Positions 20,623 to 30,335 of a stretch of 64,000 bases of DNA are shown here, piece after piece. Every line of letters begins with the position of its first letter. The first letter of the stretch is position 1. Source of the DNA: Bacteroidales bacterium Bact_08 (GTDB taxonomy: Bacteria > Bacteroidota > Bacteroidia > Bacteroidales > UBA932); the NCBI GenBank assembly GCA_001603425.1, contig LUYZ01000008.1, forward strand, positions 7,984 to 71,983, written 5' to 3'. The translations under genes were made by a program, and so were the position numbers. Below the pieces are notes generated by a model, which worked only from the letters and a program-made list of their open reading frames with translations, made no database searches and was not told the DNA's origin.

Positions 20623-21402
20623 ATGCTGAAAAGAATACTCATACTAATAGGATATATAATCATCACATCTGTGCTGGTTATCTATTTTATTTTTTCTCAT
20701 AGAATTAGTAGTAATGAGTCTCAAAAAACAGTATATAATCAAATACAAGTTATAATAAAAGATAGTGCTCAAAACAGATTTATTTCTCCAAAAGAGATCA
20801 GAGAGATAATTAGAAAAGAGGGGATAGAAAAAAACATTACTAAACTTTCAGATATCAACATAGCCCAACTAGAAAAAGTTGTAGATAATAGAACCGTAGT
20901 AAAAAAATCACAAATTAGTATTACCCACAAAGGAAGAATGGTAATAGAAGTCTATCAGAGAAGACCAATATTAAGATTTGAAACAAATAAAGGGGGATTC
21001 TATATGGATGAAACAGCGTATATCTTCCCACTAGTAAGAACATTCACATCCTATGTTCCAATCATTACTGGAGAAATTCCGTTTGATATTCCCACCGAAA
21101 GGTACCGTGGAGTTATTGAGAAGAGCGAATGGGCACATATGATAAAAGATTTTGGACTTTACCTTGAGAAAGAGGAGTTCTGGAACTCAATGATAGATCA
21201 AATTTTTGTTAATAACAAGGGAGAGCTTATCCTTATACCAAAAAATGGAACCAAAGAGATAATATTTGGTAAACCAGAAGATATTGAAACAAAATTTAGA
21301 AAGCTATTTGCTTTTTATGATAAAGTTGTATATATATATGGCTGGAATCACTACAAAAGTGTTGACCTAAGATTTAATAACCAAATCGTTTGCAAGAAAT
21401 AG
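20623..21402 (+). CDS. ftsQ: Cell division protein FtsQ/DivIB
   Basis: Single N-terminal TM, C-terminal VDLRFNNQIV, between murC and ftsA. Confidence 0.82.
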   Translation: MLKRILILIGYIIITSVLVIYFIFSHRISSNESQKTVYNQIQVIIKDSAQNRFISPKEIREIIRKEGIEKNITKLSDINIAQLEKVVDNRTVVKKSQISITHKGRMVIEVYQRRPILRFETNKGGFYMDETAYIFPLVRTFTSYVPIITGEIPFDIPTERYRGVIEKSEWAHMIKDFGLYLEKEEFWNSMIDQIFVNNKGELILIPKNGTKEIIFGKPEDIETKFRKLFAFYDKVVYIYGWNHYKSVDLRFNNQIVCKK

Positions 21403-21430
21403 AAAAAATAAAAAAATATATTTGACCATT

Positions 21431-22747
21431 ATGAATTACGTAGCAGCAATAGACCTGGGTACTACAAAGATAGTTACGCTTGTCGCAGAAAAATCAGGAG
21501 ATAGTTGTAGAATTATTGCATACAAAGAGTCTCCTTCAAAAGGTGTTATGAGAGGTGAGGTCATAAATATCAAAAATGTAGTAGATATTATAAACGACCA
21601 TATAAATCAGATTAAAGTAGAGAACCACATAAAAATTACTAGAGTCTATGTTGGAATTGCTGGACAGAATATTAAATGTACATCCGCAAGACTAAATAGG
21701 CATAGATCTTCTGCAAATCTAATTGAACTTTCAGAAATTAGAAGTATGATTTTAGAGATGAATAACTCTCGTGTAAACGAAGGTGAGAAAATACTTCATG
21801 TAATACCTCAATCATATAATGTAGATAACTTTATGGGTATATATGAACCTGAAGGAATGAATGGAACAAAAATAGAGGGAGATTACAAACTTTTTATTGG
21901 GAAAAAGAACTCTATTGACAATACTAAAATGGCAATTGAGAGAGCTGGATTAGAACTTAAAGAGGTAATTCTTGAACCAATTGCATCTGCATGTTCAATA
22001 TTATCAGAAGATGAAAAGGAGATTGGAGTTGCGATGGTAGATATTGGAGGTGGTACTACAGATGTGATAATATTTCAAGATAATATAATAAGACATGTTG
22101 CAGTAATCCCATTTGGAGGAAATTCAGTCACAGAAGATCTTCGTCAAGGCTGTGGTATTTCATACAAAAATGCAGAGAAAATCAAATTAGATTTTGGGCA
22201 TTGCCACAGTGCATATGCTCCCGAAAATAAAAACATAATCATACCTTCTATTAATGGCTCACAATCTAAAGAGCTCTCTCTTAAATTTATATCTAAAATC
22301 ATAGAGGCAAGAATGGAAGAGATTCTTGAAGCTGTACTATATGAAATTGAGAGATCTGGCTATATAGATAAAATATCGGCTGGAATAGTATTTACTGGAG
22401 GAGGGTCATTAATTATGAATCTTAAACAACTCTCTGAAAGTATTACCGGACTATCTACTAGAATTGCATATCCAGACAAAAACATCAGTTTTGATACTCC
22501 TAAAGAGATTTGTAAACCTGCAACTGCCACTGCAATTGGATTAGCAATGTATGCTATGGATAGTATTAATTCACAAGATAATAATGTAAAAAATGTGGAT
22601 GCAGATATATTCTCTAATAATGACTTAGAAACAGAATCTCCTGAGCCTGTAACTGTTAAAAAAGCACCAAAAGATAAAACCAATATAAACTCAATTTTCA
22701 ACAAGTTTATAACAAAAATACTTGATGGAAATGATAATCGCGTTTAA
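21431..22747 (+). CDS. ftsA: Cell division protein FtsA
   Basis: AIDLGTTKI, DIGGGTTD, VFTGGGS; ATG 21431 (alternative TTG 21422). Confidence 0.94.
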   Translation: MNYVAAIDLGTTKIVTLVAEKSGDSCRIIAYKESPSKGVMRGEVINIKNVVDIINDHINQIKVENHIKITRVYVGIAGQNIKCTSARLNRHRSSANLIELSEIRSMILEMNNSRVNEGEKILHVIPQSYNVDNFMGIYEPEGMNGTKIEGDYKLFIGKKNSIDNTKMAIERAGLELKEVILEPIASACSILSEDEKEIGVAMVDIGGGTTDVIIFQDNIIRHVAVIPFGGNSVTEDLRQGCGISYKNAEKIKLDFGHCHSAYAPENKNIIIPSINGSQSKELSLKFISKIIEARMEEILEAVLYEIERSGYIDKISAGIVFTGGGSLIMNLKQLSESITGLSTRIAYPDKNISFDTPKEICKPATATAIGLAMYAMDSINSQDNNVKNVDADIFSNNDLETESPEPVTVKKAPKDKTNINSIFNKFITKILDGNDNRV

Positions 22748-22756
22748 ATTTGCAGT

Positions 22757-24115
22757 ATGAAAAATTATGATGACATTATACCAACAAATTGGGAAACCAA
22801 TGAATCAATAATAAAAGTTATTGGTGTTGGTGGTGGCGGCTGCAATGCGGTTTGCCAAATGTACAAAGAGGGAATTAAGAATGTAGATTTTCTAGTTTGT
22901 AATACAGATAAACAGGTGTTAGCATCTAGCCCAATCCCCAACAGACTACAACTTGGAGGCGTGATAACTAAGGGTTTAGGAGCTGGGTGTAATCCAGAAC
23001 AAGGGAGAAAAGCCGCTTTAGAGAGCATTGATGAAATTAAGTCAAAGCTTAATGGCTCCACAGAGATGCTATTTATAACTGCTGGTATGGGAGGAGGAAC
23101 TGGTACAGGAGCAGCCCCAATAATTGCAAATATTGCAAAAGAATTGGGCATCCTCACTGTAGCTGTTGTCACTTTGCCTTTTAGGGACGAGGGAAAAGAG
23201 TTTATTAAAAGAGCAGTTCAAGGAATAAAAGAGTTAGAAAAGTGTGTAGATAGCCTTCTTATTATTGACAATCAAAAGCTTTATAAAATATACGGAGATC
23301 TCTCTATTTTTGATGCTTTTCCAAAAGCTGACTCGGTTTTAAGTACCGCAGTTAGAGGAATCGCAGAGATTATAACAAAACCAGGCTTTGTTAACGTAGA
23401 TTTTGCCGATGTAAAAACTGTAATGCAAAATAGCGGTATGGCATTGATGGGAATGGGAGAAGGAAGTGGAGAAAATAGGGCAATAAAGGCTATAGAAGAG
23501 GCCATAAATTCTCCATTACTAAACGACTACGATCTTAAAACAGCTAAAAATGTGTTAGTCAACATAACCTCTAGTACAGAAGATGGAATAAAAATGTCTG
23601 AATTGTCACAGATAATGGATTACATTAAAGAGTTTACAGGCAATGAAGGCAATTTTAAAAGAGGTCTTGTTAGAGATGAGTCTCTTAATGGACAAGTAAG
23701 AGTTACGATTGTTGCAACAGGTTTTGATATGAATACTCTACCTCACATTTCTCAAGGAGATGAAATTGAGAGAATTTCGCTAAATTCAAAAGAGGGAGAG
23801 ATTGATAATTCAAATCTTGGGTCGCCAATAAAGAGACCACAAGATCCTATCAAGATTGTAATCACTCCTGCAAAAAAGGTTATCGACCAGAATGAACTAC
23901 AAGAGAAGAAGATAAAAAAAGTTCCATCACTTATTTTAGAAGATGGAGAAGATATTTCTGAGTACGAAAATCAACCTGCATATGTCAGAAAAAAAGTAAA
24001 AATTGAGAGTTCTAAACATGAATCATATACCGATGATAAAAATTATACAATAGAAACTTCTGGAGGTAAGAACATAATTTCTGACAACTCTTATATTCAC
24101 CAAAATCAAGATTAG
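22757..24115 (+). CDS. ftsZ: Cell division protein FtsZ
   Basis: GVGGGGCNA, GMGGGTGTG tubulin signature, NVDFADV. Confidence 0.97.
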   Translation: MKNYDDIIPTNWETNESIIKVIGVGGGGCNAVCQMYKEGIKNVDFLVCNTDKQVLASSPIPNRLQLGGVITKGLGAGCNPEQGRKAALESIDEIKSKLNGSTEMLFITAGMGGGTGTGAAPIIANIAKELGILTVAVVTLPFRDEGKEFIKRAVQGIKELEKCVDSLLIIDNQKLYKIYGDLSIFDAFPKADSVLSTAVRGIAEIITKPGFVNVDFADVKTVMQNSGMALMGMGEGSGENRAIKAIEEAINSPLLNDYDLKTAKNVLVNITSSTEDGIKMSELSQIMDYIKEFTGNEGNFKRGLVRDESLNGQVRVTIVATGFDMNTLPHISQGDEIERISLNSKEGEIDNSNLGSPIKRPQDPIKIVITPAKKVIDQNELQEKKIKKVPSLILEDGEDISEYENQPAYVRKKVKIESSKHESYTDDKNYTIETSGGKNIISDNSYIHQNQD

Positions 24116-24116
24116 A

Positions 24117-25661
24117 ATGAGAAAGACTAGAGTTAGATTTGCACCGAGTCCAACAGGGCCCTTACATATGGGAGGAGTAAGAACTGCTCTCTATAACTAT
24201 TTATATGCAAAACAAAGAGGAGGCACATTTATTATAAGAATAGAAGACACCGATTCTCAAAGATTTGTAAAAGGGGCTGAAGAATATATACTAGAATCTC
24301 TAAATTGGTGTGGAATTACTCCAGACGAAGGAGTAGAAAATGGAAAGATTGTTGAGCATCCAAGTGATAAACATCCTCATGCTCCTTATAGGCAGTCTCA
24401 AAGGAGAGATATGTATAAAAAATATGCAATGCAACTAATCGATAGTGGTAATGCATACTACTCTTTTGACACCTCTGAAGAGTTAGAGAACAGACGTAAA
24501 GAGTGTGAAAATAAGGGAGAAACATTTATCTACAACTCAACAACAAGAAATAGCCTAAAAAACTCCTTAACACTTAGTAAAGAAGAGACTGAGAATTTAT
24601 TAAATCAAACGGACAATTGGGTTATTAGATTTAAAGTTCCTGAAAACAGCACGTTAACTATTTTTGACCAGATTAGAGGAGAGATCCATATTGATACAAA
24701 CACTCTTGATGATAAAGTTCTTTGGAAGTGCATTGATAAACTTCCAACTTACCATCTTGCAAATGTGGTTGATGACAAATATATGGAGATTTCTGATGTC
24801 ATAAGAGGAGAGGAGTGGCTTCCATCTCTCCCTTTACACTTTTTACTATATAAAGCACTTGGATGGGAAGAGTACCGTCCAAATTTTGCACATCTCTCAC
24901 TCCTTCTAAAACCAGATGGAAAAGGGAAATTAAGTAAAAGAGATGGAGAGAGACTAGGATTTCCAGTTTTTCCTCTTGAGTGGAGGGGAGAAAATGGAGA
25001 AATATTTAAGGGATACAGAGAAGATGGATACTATCCAGAGGCTTTTATAAACATATTAGCTCTATTAGGCTGGAACCCAGGCACCGAACAGGAGATTCTT
25101 TGCTTAGAAGAGTTAATTAATCTTTTTTCACTAGATAGAGTTGTTAAATCTGGTGCTAAATTTAATCTAGAAAAAGCTAAATGGTTTAACCAAGAGTACT
25201 TAAGAAAAAAAGATATCTCTGAATTGGTCAAAGAGTTCAAAGAAATTTTAATAAAAAAAGGAATCTCAAAAGAGGATGAATTTATATACAGAGTAGTTGA
25301 ACTGATTAAGGAGAGGGCCTCATTTGTTAAAGAGTTTTGGGACCTTAGCAACTATTTCTTTGAAGCTCCAATTCACTATGACCAAAAAGTAGTGGATAAG
25401 TTTTGGAAAGATGATATTCCAAATAACATTACCAGAATTTACAATGAGTTAGAAATTTGCAACGATTTCTCCGTTTCAAATATAGAGAGACTAATTTCCG
25501 AAACAATAAAAGAGAACAATTGGAAAATGGGGCCAATGATGAATAGTCTAAGACTAATCTTAGTTGGGGAATCAAAAGGTCCATCAATAGCAGATATAAT
25601 ATCAATTATTGGAAAAGATGAGACAATAAAAAGATTAAAAAGAGGATTAGAGGCTATTTAA
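24117..25661 (+). CDS. gltX: Glutamate--tRNA ligase
   Basis: RFAPSPTGPLHMGG, RIEDTD, IRGEEW, KLSKR. Confidence 0.96.
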   Translation: MRKTRVRFAPSPTGPLHMGGVRTALYNYLYAKQRGGTFIIRIEDTDSQRFVKGAEEYILESLNWCGITPDEGVENGKIVEHPSDKHPHAPYRQSQRRDMYKKYAMQLIDSGNAYYSFDTSEELENRRKECENKGETFIYNSTTRNSLKNSLTLSKEETENLLNQTDNWVIRFKVPENSTLTIFDQIRGEIHIDTNTLDDKVLWKCIDKLPTYHLANVVDDKYMEISDVIRGEEWLPSLPLHFLLYKALGWEEYRPNFAHLSLLLKPDGKGKLSKRDGERLGFPVFPLEWRGENGEIFKGYREDGYYPEAFINILALLGWNPGTEQEILCLEELINLFSLDRVVKSGAKFNLEKAKWFNQEYLRKKDISELVKEFKEILIKKGISKEDEFIYRVVELIKERASFVKEFWDLSNYFFEAPIHYDQKVVDKFWKDDIPNNITRIYNELEICNDFSVSNIERLISETIKENNWKMGPMMNSLRLILVGESKGPSIADIISIIGKDETIKRLKRGLEAI

Positions 25662-26700
25662 GGCCTCTAATCTTTTTCTCCCAATTCCATGCACTTCTCA
25701 TTACATCTTCAATTGGAGTATCGGCACTCCAACCCAATATTTCATTTGCTTTAGATGGGTCTGCCCACACCTGTTCAACATCACCTGCCCGTCTTGGAGC
25801 TATCTTGTATGGAACCTCAAGCCCATTAGCTTTCATAAATATTCTCAAAATATCTAATACAGACATTCCATTCCCTGTTCCAAGATTAAAAAATTCAATC
25901 GAACCATCCATCTTTTCTCTATCATTTAATAGCCTTTGAATAGACGCAACGTGAGCTTTTGCCAAATCACATACATATATATAATCTCTAATACACGATC
26001 CATCTGGAGTATTATAGTCATCGCCAAAAACTGAAATTATATCTCTTATACCAGCAGCTGTTTGAGTAACAAAAGGAAGAAGATTTTGAGGTATCCCTAA
26101 TGGCAACTCTCCAATTTGAGATGATGGATGAGCTCCAATTGGATTAAAATATCGTAAAGAGATAACTTTAATTGAATCACCATTTGCATAAGCAATATCC
26201 TTTAAAATCTCTTCACACATCTGTTTTGTTTTACCATATGGTGACTGAGCTGGCTGTAACGGTGCCGATTCAGATACTGGCAAGTGGTCCTTATCTGGTT
26301 GACCATAAACTGTACATGAAGACGAGAATACAATTGATCCAACACTATACTTTAGAGAGAGTTCTATCAAGTTTAACAGAGACTGTAAGTTATTTTTATA
26401 ATAGAGCATCGGCTTCTCTACACTCTCCCCTACCGCTTTAAACGCAGCAAAATGAATAGTCGCTTCAATATTATCGTATTTACTAAAAACTGACTCAAAA
26501 TCCTCAAAATCACTACAATCTACCTGCTCAAATAATGGCTTAAATCCAACAATGGAGTTTACTCCATCTAGTACTGAGATATTAGAATTAGATAGATTGT
26601 CCACAATAATTGGCTCATAACCACTATTAATTAGCTCTACCACAGTATGTGCACCAATATAACCAGTGCCCCCTGTAACAAGAATTCTTCTCTTTTTCAT
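25654..26700 (-). CDS. galE: UDP-glucose 4-epimerase
   Basis: TGGTGYIG, HFAAFKAVGES, YGKTK, LRYFNP. Confidence 0.95.
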   Translation of the reverse strand: MKKRRILVTGGTGYIGAHTVVELINSGYEPIIVDNLSNSNISVLDGVNSIVGFKPLFEQVDCSDFEDFESVFSKYDNIEATIHFAAFKAVGESVEKPMLYYKNNLQSLLNLIELSLKYSVGSIVFSSSCTVYGQPDKDHLPVSESAPLQPAQSPYGKTKQMCEEILKDIAYANGDSIKVISLRYFNPIGAHPSSQIGELPLGIPQNLLPFVTQTAAGIRDIISVFGDDYNTPDGSCIRDYIYVCDLAKAHVASIQRLLNDREKMDGSIEFFNLGTGNGMSVLDILRIFMKANGLEVPYKIAPRRAGDVEQVWADPSKANEILGWSADTPIEDVMRSAWNWEKKIRGLK

Positions 26701-26721
26701 AATTATTAAGTTTTGTGGATG

Positions 26722-27849
26722 TTATTGTTTAAAATACTCCTTTATAGCATTACAAATCTCAATCTGAATCTCTCTTGTTAACTCAGTATGCATAGGAAGA
26801 GATAAAACACTATTTGCTAAAGCTTCTGAATTATCTAAAGAAACAAAAGTTTTGGATATATCTTTAAATGCCTTTTGATTATTTAGAGAAACAGGGTAAT
26901 ATGTCATAGATGCAATGTCTTTACTTGCTAGATAATCTTTTAATGAATCTCTATGACCACTCTTGACTTGCATTGTAAACTGATGATAAACGTGAGTAGA
27001 ATTGCTAACCTCAAAAGGCATAATCAATTCATCCACCTCTTTTAGAAGCTCCTTATATATCTGAGCTGCTTGATATCTAGAATTTGAATACTCATCTAGA
27101 TGCTTTAACTTTATCTGAAGAACAGCAGCTTGTATAGTATCAAGCCTTGAATTACAACCAATAATATCGTGATAATATTTATTTTTTTGCCCATGATCTG
27201 TTACCATCCTAACTCTCTGAGCATATAAATCACTCTGAGTAAATATAGCACCACCATCTCCATAGCATCCTAAATTCTTTGTAGGAAAAAATGATGTGCA
27301 TCCAATAGTTCCAATTGTTCCGAGATACTTTTGAGAACCATCTGAAAAAGTATATTTTGCTCCAATCGCTTGAGCATTATCTTCAATAACAAACAAGTTA
27401 TGATTATTTGCTATTTTCATAATAGCCTCCATATCTGCAGCTTGCCCAAATAAATGAACAGGAACAATTGCCTTGGTTCTTTCTGTTATAGATTTTTCAA
27501 TATCCTCAACCTTAATATTAAACGTATCTGGGTACACATCAACCATTACAGGTACCAACCCTAACAATCCAACCACTTCGGCAGTTGCTGCATAAGTAAA
27601 AGCAGGAACAATAACCTCATCACCTGGCTTTAATTCCAATGCCATCATTGCTATTTGCAAGGCATCAGTCCCATTAGCACACCCAATAACATGTTTAGAT
27701 GAGAGATAATCACACATCTCCTTTTCAAAACTCTTAACCTCTGGCCCGTTAATAAAATTGGTATTCTCTAAAACATTTAAAATAGCTGAATCAACTTCAC
27801 TTTTAATTCTCTTATACTGACCTTTAATGTCCAAAATAGGTATTTTCAT
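26722..27849 (-). CDS. DegT/DnrJ/EryC1/StrS family PLP sugar aminotransferase (WbpE-like)
   Basis: PVHLFGQ, IEDNAQA, SFFPTKNLGCYGDGG, NSRLD. Confidence 0.92.
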   Translation of the reverse strand: MKIPILDIKGQYKRIKSEVDSAILNVLENTNFINGPEVKSFEKEMCDYLSSKHVIGCANGTDALQIAMMALELKPGDEVIVPAFTYAATAEVVGLLGLVPVMVDVYPDTFNIKVEDIEKSITERTKAIVPVHLFGQAADMEAIMKIANNHNLFVIEDNAQAIGAKYTFSDGSQKYLGTIGTIGCTSFFPTKNLGCYGDGGAIFTQSDLYAQRVRMVTDHGQKNKYYHDIIGCNSRLDTIQAAVLQIKLKHLDEYSNSRYQAAQIYKELLKEVDELIMPFEVSNSTHVYHQFTMQVKSGHRDSLKDYLASKDIASMTYYPVSLNNQKAFKDISKTFVSLDNSEALANSVLSLPMHTELTREIQIEICNAIKEYFKQ

Positions 27850-27869
27850 CTTTATCTAATTTATTACTA

Positions 27870-27877
27870 CAAATGTA
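27870..27877 (-). promoter_or_regulatory. -7 element for the degT-galE unit
   Basis: CAAATGTA on + equals TACATTTG on -. Confidence 0.55.
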
Positions 27878-27908
27878 TAAAATTATCTCATTGATACTGG
27901 TAAATGGC

Positions 27909-27916
27909 TATCTTTG
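27909..27916 (+). promoter_or_regulatory. -7 element for rpiB-truB-queA
   Basis: TATCTTTG 13 nt before ATG 27930. Confidence 0.6.
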
Positions 27917-27929
27917 TAATCAAAAAAAA

Positions 27930-28376
27930 ATGGATGCTAATATTAAATGCATAGGAATTGCATGCGATCATGCTGGATACGAATTAAAAAACGAGATAAT
28001 TGACCACCTAAATAACTTAGGTGCTAAAGTGTTAGACTTTGGGACAAATAGCAATAAAAGTATGGATTATCCAGATGTTGCTCACCCTCTTGCAGAATCT
28101 GTAGTAAATGGTGAATGTGATTTTGGGATAGCAATTTGTGGTTCCGGAAATGGAATTTCAATGACTGTTAATAAACACAAAAATATCAGAGCGGCTCTCT
28201 GTTGGAATGTTGAGTTGGCGCAATTGGCACGTGAGCATAACAATGCGAACATTCTCTCTCTGCCTGCAAGGTTTATTGATCAAAAACTAGCTATAGAAAT
28301 TGTTGACAAATTTTTCTCATCAGATTTTGAAGGGGGAAGGCACCAAACAAGAATAGATAAAATTAACTTAAAGTAA
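27930..28376 (+). CDS. rpiB: Ribose-5-phosphate isomerase B
   Basis: DHAG, DYP, CGSGNG, REHNNAN, FEGGRH; start moved to ATG 27930, downstream of the promoter. Confidence 0.94.
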   Translation: MDANIKCIGIACDHAGYELKNEIIDHLNNLGAKVLDFGTNSNKSMDYPDVAHPLAESVVNGECDFGIAICGSGNGISMTVNKHKNIRAALCWNVELAQLAREHNNANILSLPARFIDQKLAIEIVDKFFSSDFEGGRHQTRIDKINLK

Positions 28377-28383
28377 TACTCTC

Positions 28384-29136
28384 TTGACTATTTCCGATAC
28401 TAATAGACCATATATTGTTGATAATAACAATATAAATATTCCGCTATCACGAGATCTATCAAAATATCCAAATGGGATAATAATTAGCATTAATAAACCC
28501 CTAAATTGGACATCTGCCGATGTTGTAAGAAAAGTTAAATTCTCACTACAACGCTTTTTTAGCACAAAAAATATAAAAGTTGGTCATGCAGGAACATTAG
28601 ACCCTCTTGCAACTGGAATACTGCTTATATGTATAGGTAAGGCCACTAAACTAGCAGATATACTACAGTCTCAGGTAAAGGAGTACATAGCAACAATTCA
28701 ATTTGGTGCCACAACCCCATCATACGACTTAGAGACCCCAATCGATCAAAAATATCCATTTGAACATATAAATACAGAGTCAATCAACAGAATTCTTCCA
28801 GAGTTAACTGGAGAGATAGATCAAATTCCTCCTATTTTTTCTGCTAAACTAATAGATGGAAATAGAGCATATGAACTAGCAAGAGCTGGAATACAAAAAG
28901 AACTAAAAGCGTCTAAAATAACTATATACAATCTAGAAATTATCAAATATATATCTCCAGACCTAACCATTGCCATAAAATGCAGTAAAGGAACGTACAT
29001 AAGATCATTTGCCAGAGATTTGGGTTTATCATTAGATAGTGGAGCTCACTTAACAGCTCTTATCAGATCTTGTTCTGGAGATTTTTACATACAAAACTCA
29101 GTTTCTCTAGATCAAATGAAACTTTTTATAGAATAA
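28384..29136 (+). CDS. truB: tRNA pseudouridine(55) synthase (TTG start)
   Basis: KVGHAGTLDPLATG, CSKGTYIRS. Confidence 0.95.
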   Translation: MTISDTNRPYIVDNNNINIPLSRDLSKYPNGIIISINKPLNWTSADVVRKVKFSLQRFFSTKNIKVGHAGTLDPLATGILLICIGKATKLADILQSQVKEYIATIQFGATTPSYDLETPIDQKYPFEHINTESINRILPELTGEIDQIPPIFSAKLIDGNRAYELARAGIQKELKASKITIYNLEIIKYISPDLTIAIKCSKGTYIRSFARDLGLSLDSGAHLTALIRSCSGDFYIQNSVSLDQMKLFIE

Positions 29137-29181
29137 TTCGTATAATAGATTACCTGTTTATTTTTTAAAAATCATCTATTT

Positions 29182-30231
29182 ATGAAATTATCCCAATTCA
29201 ACTACAAGCTTTCAACAGATCATATTGCCAAATATCCTCAAAAATACAGAGATGAGTCAAGACTTCTTGTTCTACATAAAGATAGTGGTAACATAGAACA
29301 TAAACTTTTCAAAGATATTCTTGATTACACATCAGAAAACGACACTTTTGTGTTTAACAATACAAAAGTATTTCCTGCTAGACTCTATGGGAACAAAGAG
29401 AAAACTGGCGCTGAGATAGAGGTTTTTCTCTTAAGAGAGCTCAATAGAGAGCAGAGATTATGGGACGTTCTTGTAGATCCTGCAAGAAAAATAAGAATTG
29501 GAAATAAACTCTATTTTGGAGAAAATGACAATCTTGTTGCCGAGGTTATTGACAATACAACTTCTAGAGGAAGAACTCTTAGATTTCTATTTGATGGTAC
29601 TCACGAAGAGTTCAAATCTACCCTATACAAAATGGGAGAGATGCCTATACCAAGATGGATTAGACAAAAGGCTGAGGCCATTGACTATGAAAGATATCAA
29701 ACAATATATGCTCAAAACGAAGGTGCTGTTGCTGCCCCTGCCGCTGGGCTTCACTTTAGCAGAGAGCTTCTTAAAAGAATCGAGATAAAAGGCATAAATC
29801 AAACTAGCCTAACACTCCATATGGGGCTTGGAAATTTTAGAAATGTTGATGTAGAAGATCTTTCTAAACATAAAATGGACTCAGAACAAGTCATCATTCC
29901 AGAAGATTGTGCCGACATGATAAACCAGACTAAAATCAGAGGAAATAAAGTATTTGCTATTGGGGTAACCGTCATTAAAGCTATGGAGACAACTGTTACA
30001 ACTCAAAAACAGATAAAACCATATAATGGATGGACTAATAAGTTTATTTTTCCACCATATAGTTTCTCAATTGCAGATGCTCTTGTAACAAACTTTCAGC
30101 TGCCACAATCTACAATGTTAATGGTTGCAGCCGCATTTGGGGGTTATGACAAAGTAATGAATGCATACGATATTGCATTAAAAGAGGGCTATAAATTTGG
30201 CACATATGGAGATGCTCTTTTAATTCTATAA
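29182..30231 (+). CDS. queA: S-adenosylmethionine:tRNA ribosyltransferase-isomerase family protein
   Basis: [32 protein letters not shown]; several motif substitutions (see findings). Confidence 0.9.
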   Translation: MKLSQFNYKLSTDHIAKYPQKYRDESRLLVLHKDSGNIEHKLFKDILDYTSENDTFVFNNTKVFPARLYGNKEKTGAEIEVFLLRELNREQRLWDVLVDPARKIRIGNKLYFGENDNLVAEVIDNTTSRGRTLRFLFDGTHEEFKSTLYKMGEMPIPRWIRQKAEAIDYERYQTIYAQNEGAVAAPAAGLHFSRELLKRIEIKGINQTSLTLHMGLGNFRNVDVEDLSKHKMDSEQVIIPEDCADMINQTKIRGNKVFAIGVTVIKAMETTVTTQKQIKPYNGWTNKFIFPPYSFSIADALVTNFQLPQSTMLMVAAAFGGYDKVMNAYDIALKEGYKFGTYGDALLIL

Positions 30232-30291
30232 TTTAAAAAATCTAAATTTTTACACTAAATTTAGATTCATATAAATATATAATTATTTCTG

Positions 30292-30328
30292 AATATGGGG
30301 TAGAATTTAATATCTACCTCATATTTTT
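30292..30328 (+). terminator. Intrinsic terminator after queA
   Basis: AATATGGGGTAGA / TCTACCTCATATT stem followed by a T run. Confidence 0.6.
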
Positions 30329-30335
30329 GTTATAT

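Noticed and set aside
25654-27849. degT-galE as a capsule or O-antigen locus
   Set aside because: No glycosyltransferases, wzx/wzy or upxY are nearby; it looks like a stand-alone housekeeping pair.
27922-27930. Poly-A/T tracts as phase-variation switches
   Set aside because: Runs of 7-9 nt are expected at this AT content, and all reading frames are intact.
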